This document shows positions 55,411-56,885 of a stretch of DNA of 56,885 nucleotides, one piece after another. Made by a program: the position numbers and the translations under genes. Positions within the stretch are counted from its first letter, which is position 1; the number at the start of each line of letters is the position of its first letter. The notes beneath the pieces were generated by a model. It searched no databases and was not told where the DNA came from. It saw nothing but the letters and a program-made list of their open reading frames with translations. This DNA comes from a virus (taxonomy: Duplodnaviria; Caudoviricetes), in IMG/VR virus record IMGVR_UViG_3300030109_001059, positions 1-56,885 of that record. One strand, 5' to 3'.

Positions 55411-56885
55411 TGCCTAGAGATATACAATACACCAAGCTATTAGATCCTATTGTTCAGATAGCTATAGCTGACGGCCTTGATTACGAGGGGACGTATTCAG
55501 CGTCTACAACGTATGCTGCTGGCGATGTTGTAACACATCCTGCGGGTTCAGGCGCTTCGTCCTATGTTGCTAGGCAAGCTACTACTGGCAATGCTCCAAG
55601 TGATTCTGCGTATTGGCAGACGTTAGCTTCTTCTGTTACTGGCCCAACTGGTTCAACTGGTCCAACGGGGCCAACAGGTCCCGCTGGACCCACAGGCCCA
55701 AATGGTCCTACAGGGCCAAATGGCCCCACAGGACCTACAGGCCCAACAGGAGGAACAGGACCTACTGGACCTACAGGCCCTACAGGGCCAAGTGGTGCTG
55801 ATGGTAACACCATATTAAATGGTAGCGGAGATCCTAGTGGACCTACTGGTTCTAATGGCGATTTCTATATTGATACAAACGACAATGAAATTTTTGGACC
55901 TAAAAGTGGAAGTGGTTGGGGTTCAGCCACGTCACTTGTAGGCCCAACTGGTCCAACTGGACCTACAGGTCCAACTGGGGGAACTGGCCCTACAGGTCCA
56001 ACTGGTCCCGCTGGCCCTACAGGTCCTGCGGGACCCACAGGTCCTGACGGTCCTAACGGACCTACTGGCCCGACTGGACCCGCTGGCCCCACTGGGCCTG
56101 CTGGTCCGACTGGTTCTACTGGCCCGACTGGGCCTACAGGCGCACAAATTCTTAATGGCAGTGGTGACCCTTCTGGCCCCACAGGTTCTAACGGTGACTT
56201 TTATATAGATACTGGGGATAACGAAATCTTTGGCCCTAAGTCAGGTTCTGGCTGGGGTTCTGGTACTTCGTTGGTGGGACCTACTGGGCCTAGTGGCCCT
56301 ACTGGTCCCGCTGGGCCGACTGGACCTGCGGGTGGGACTGGTCCTACTGGGCCGACAGGCCCAACTGGACCTGCTGGACCTGATGGTCCTGATGGCCCTA
56401 CAGGTCCTAGTGGTGGTACTGGTCCTACAGGCCCGACTGGTCCTGCTGGTCCTGCTGGACCAACTGGACCTACAGGACCTACTGGTCCTTCTGGTACTCC
56501 TGCTGGTTCAGATCATCAAGTTCAATGGAACGACGGTGGTAGCTTTGGGGCTGACGCTAATCTTACTTATGATGGTTCAACGTTAACTGCTAAGGCAGCG
56601 TTAACTGTCGGCGTTAACGACTCAGGCCATGACGTTATTTTCTACGGGGCGACTGCCGACACTAGTTACTTTTGGTGGGACGAAAGCGACGACAGAATGG
56701 TGGTCAGTGGAAAGGTAGAATTTGTTGGCGACGGCGCTTGGAAAACATGGACTCCAACATGGGGCAACGTAACAATTGGAAATGCGACAGTAGTTGCACA
56801 ATACGTTCAGCTCGACGAATGGGTATTCGTAAAAATGAGAGCTGTAGCAGGTAGTGGGACTGGTTATTCGTCAGGGTCTATGTCC
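55410..56885 (+). CDS. Collagen-like tail fibre (3'-truncated), missing from ORF track
   Basis: GTG at 55410, frame open to the window end; CBM5/12-like [13 protein letters not shown]...YW, three Gly-Pro-Thr collagen blocks, two ILNGSGDP...GPK..GWG domains, then the tip shared with 17460-18233. Confidence 0.85.
   Translation, partial: MPRDIQYTKLLDPIVQIAIADGLDYEGTYSASTTYAAGDVVTHPAGSGASSYVARQATTGNAPSDSAYWQTLASSVTGPTGSTGPTGPTGPAGPTGPNGPTGPNGPTGPTGPTGGTGPTGPTGPTGPSGADGNTILNGSGDPSGPTGSNGDFYIDTNDNEIFGPKSGSGWGSATSLVGPTGPTGPTGPTGGTGPTGPTGPAGPTGPAGPTGPDGPNGPTGPTGPAGPTGPAGPTGSTGPTGPTGAQILNGSGDPSGPTGSNGDFYIDTGDNEIFGPKSGSGWGSGTSLVGPTGPSGPTGPAGPTGPAGGTGPTGPTGPTGPAGPDGPDGPTGPSGGTGPTGPTGPAGPAGPTGPTGPTGPSGTPAGSDHQVQWNDGGSFGADANLTYDGSTLTAKAALTVGVNDSGHDVIFYGATADTSYFWWDESDDRMVVSGKVEFVGDGAWKTWTPTWGNVTIGNATVVAQYVQLDEWVFVKMRAVAGSGTGYSSGSMS
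56637..56885 (+). repeat. 249-bp direct repeat, copy 2 (window end)
   Basis: Matches 17739-17987 with 5 mismatches; offset 38,898 bp. Confidence 0.95.

Noticed and set aside
55562-56586. Minus-strand and alternate-frame ORFs with GPV or Leu-rich repeats
   Set aside because: Shadows of the + strand Gly-Pro-Thr collagen gene starting at 55410.
17739-56885. Prophage B integrated in A with attL/attR, or a true terminal repeat
   Set aside because: No integrase was recognised; the repeat is in-frame coding sequence within fibre genes, and the likely genome end is near terS at ~42 kb.
1-56885. tRNA, rRNA, integrase, DNA polymerase or host chromosomal genes
   Set aside because: None recognised by eye; a tRNAscan/Infernal run would be needed to exclude small RNAs.

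Overview
Phage DNA carrying two non-identical podovirus-type virion gene sets. Module A (1 to ~17.7 kb, + strand, AT-richer by eye) has a TerL C-terminus, portal, large internal-virion/ejection proteins (one with a GH24 lysozyme domain), scaffold, major capsid, tail fibres, an M15-type endolysin and a holin. Module B (~17.7 kb to the end) looks like a complete, circularly permuted ~38.9 kb genome: internal virion proteins, amidase endolysin and holin, a minus-strand replication/early arm (sigma region-4-like protein, RusA, AEP primase, DnaB-like helicase, Cas4-like nuclease, WhiB, SLT, DUF932, GP88-like), then TerS, a split TerL, portal, scaffold, capsid, tail tube proteins and a collagen-like fibre. 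WhiB points to an actinobacterial host. The window's last 249 bp (56637-56885) repeat 17739-17987 with 5 mismatches (offset 38,898 bp). The simplest reading is a lasso-shaped chimeric assembly of two phages that share a nearly identical tail-fibre tip; a genuine two-capsid composite cannot be excluded from sequence alone. Module B has a clear cis-regulatory grammar: 13 copies of a 16-bp palindrome GTCGCGT-NN-(A/T)CGCGAC, five TGGGACA-N12-T(A/G)TAG motifs before late genes, and three sigma-A-type early promoters. All product calls come from motifs and synteny read by eye; no database search was run.
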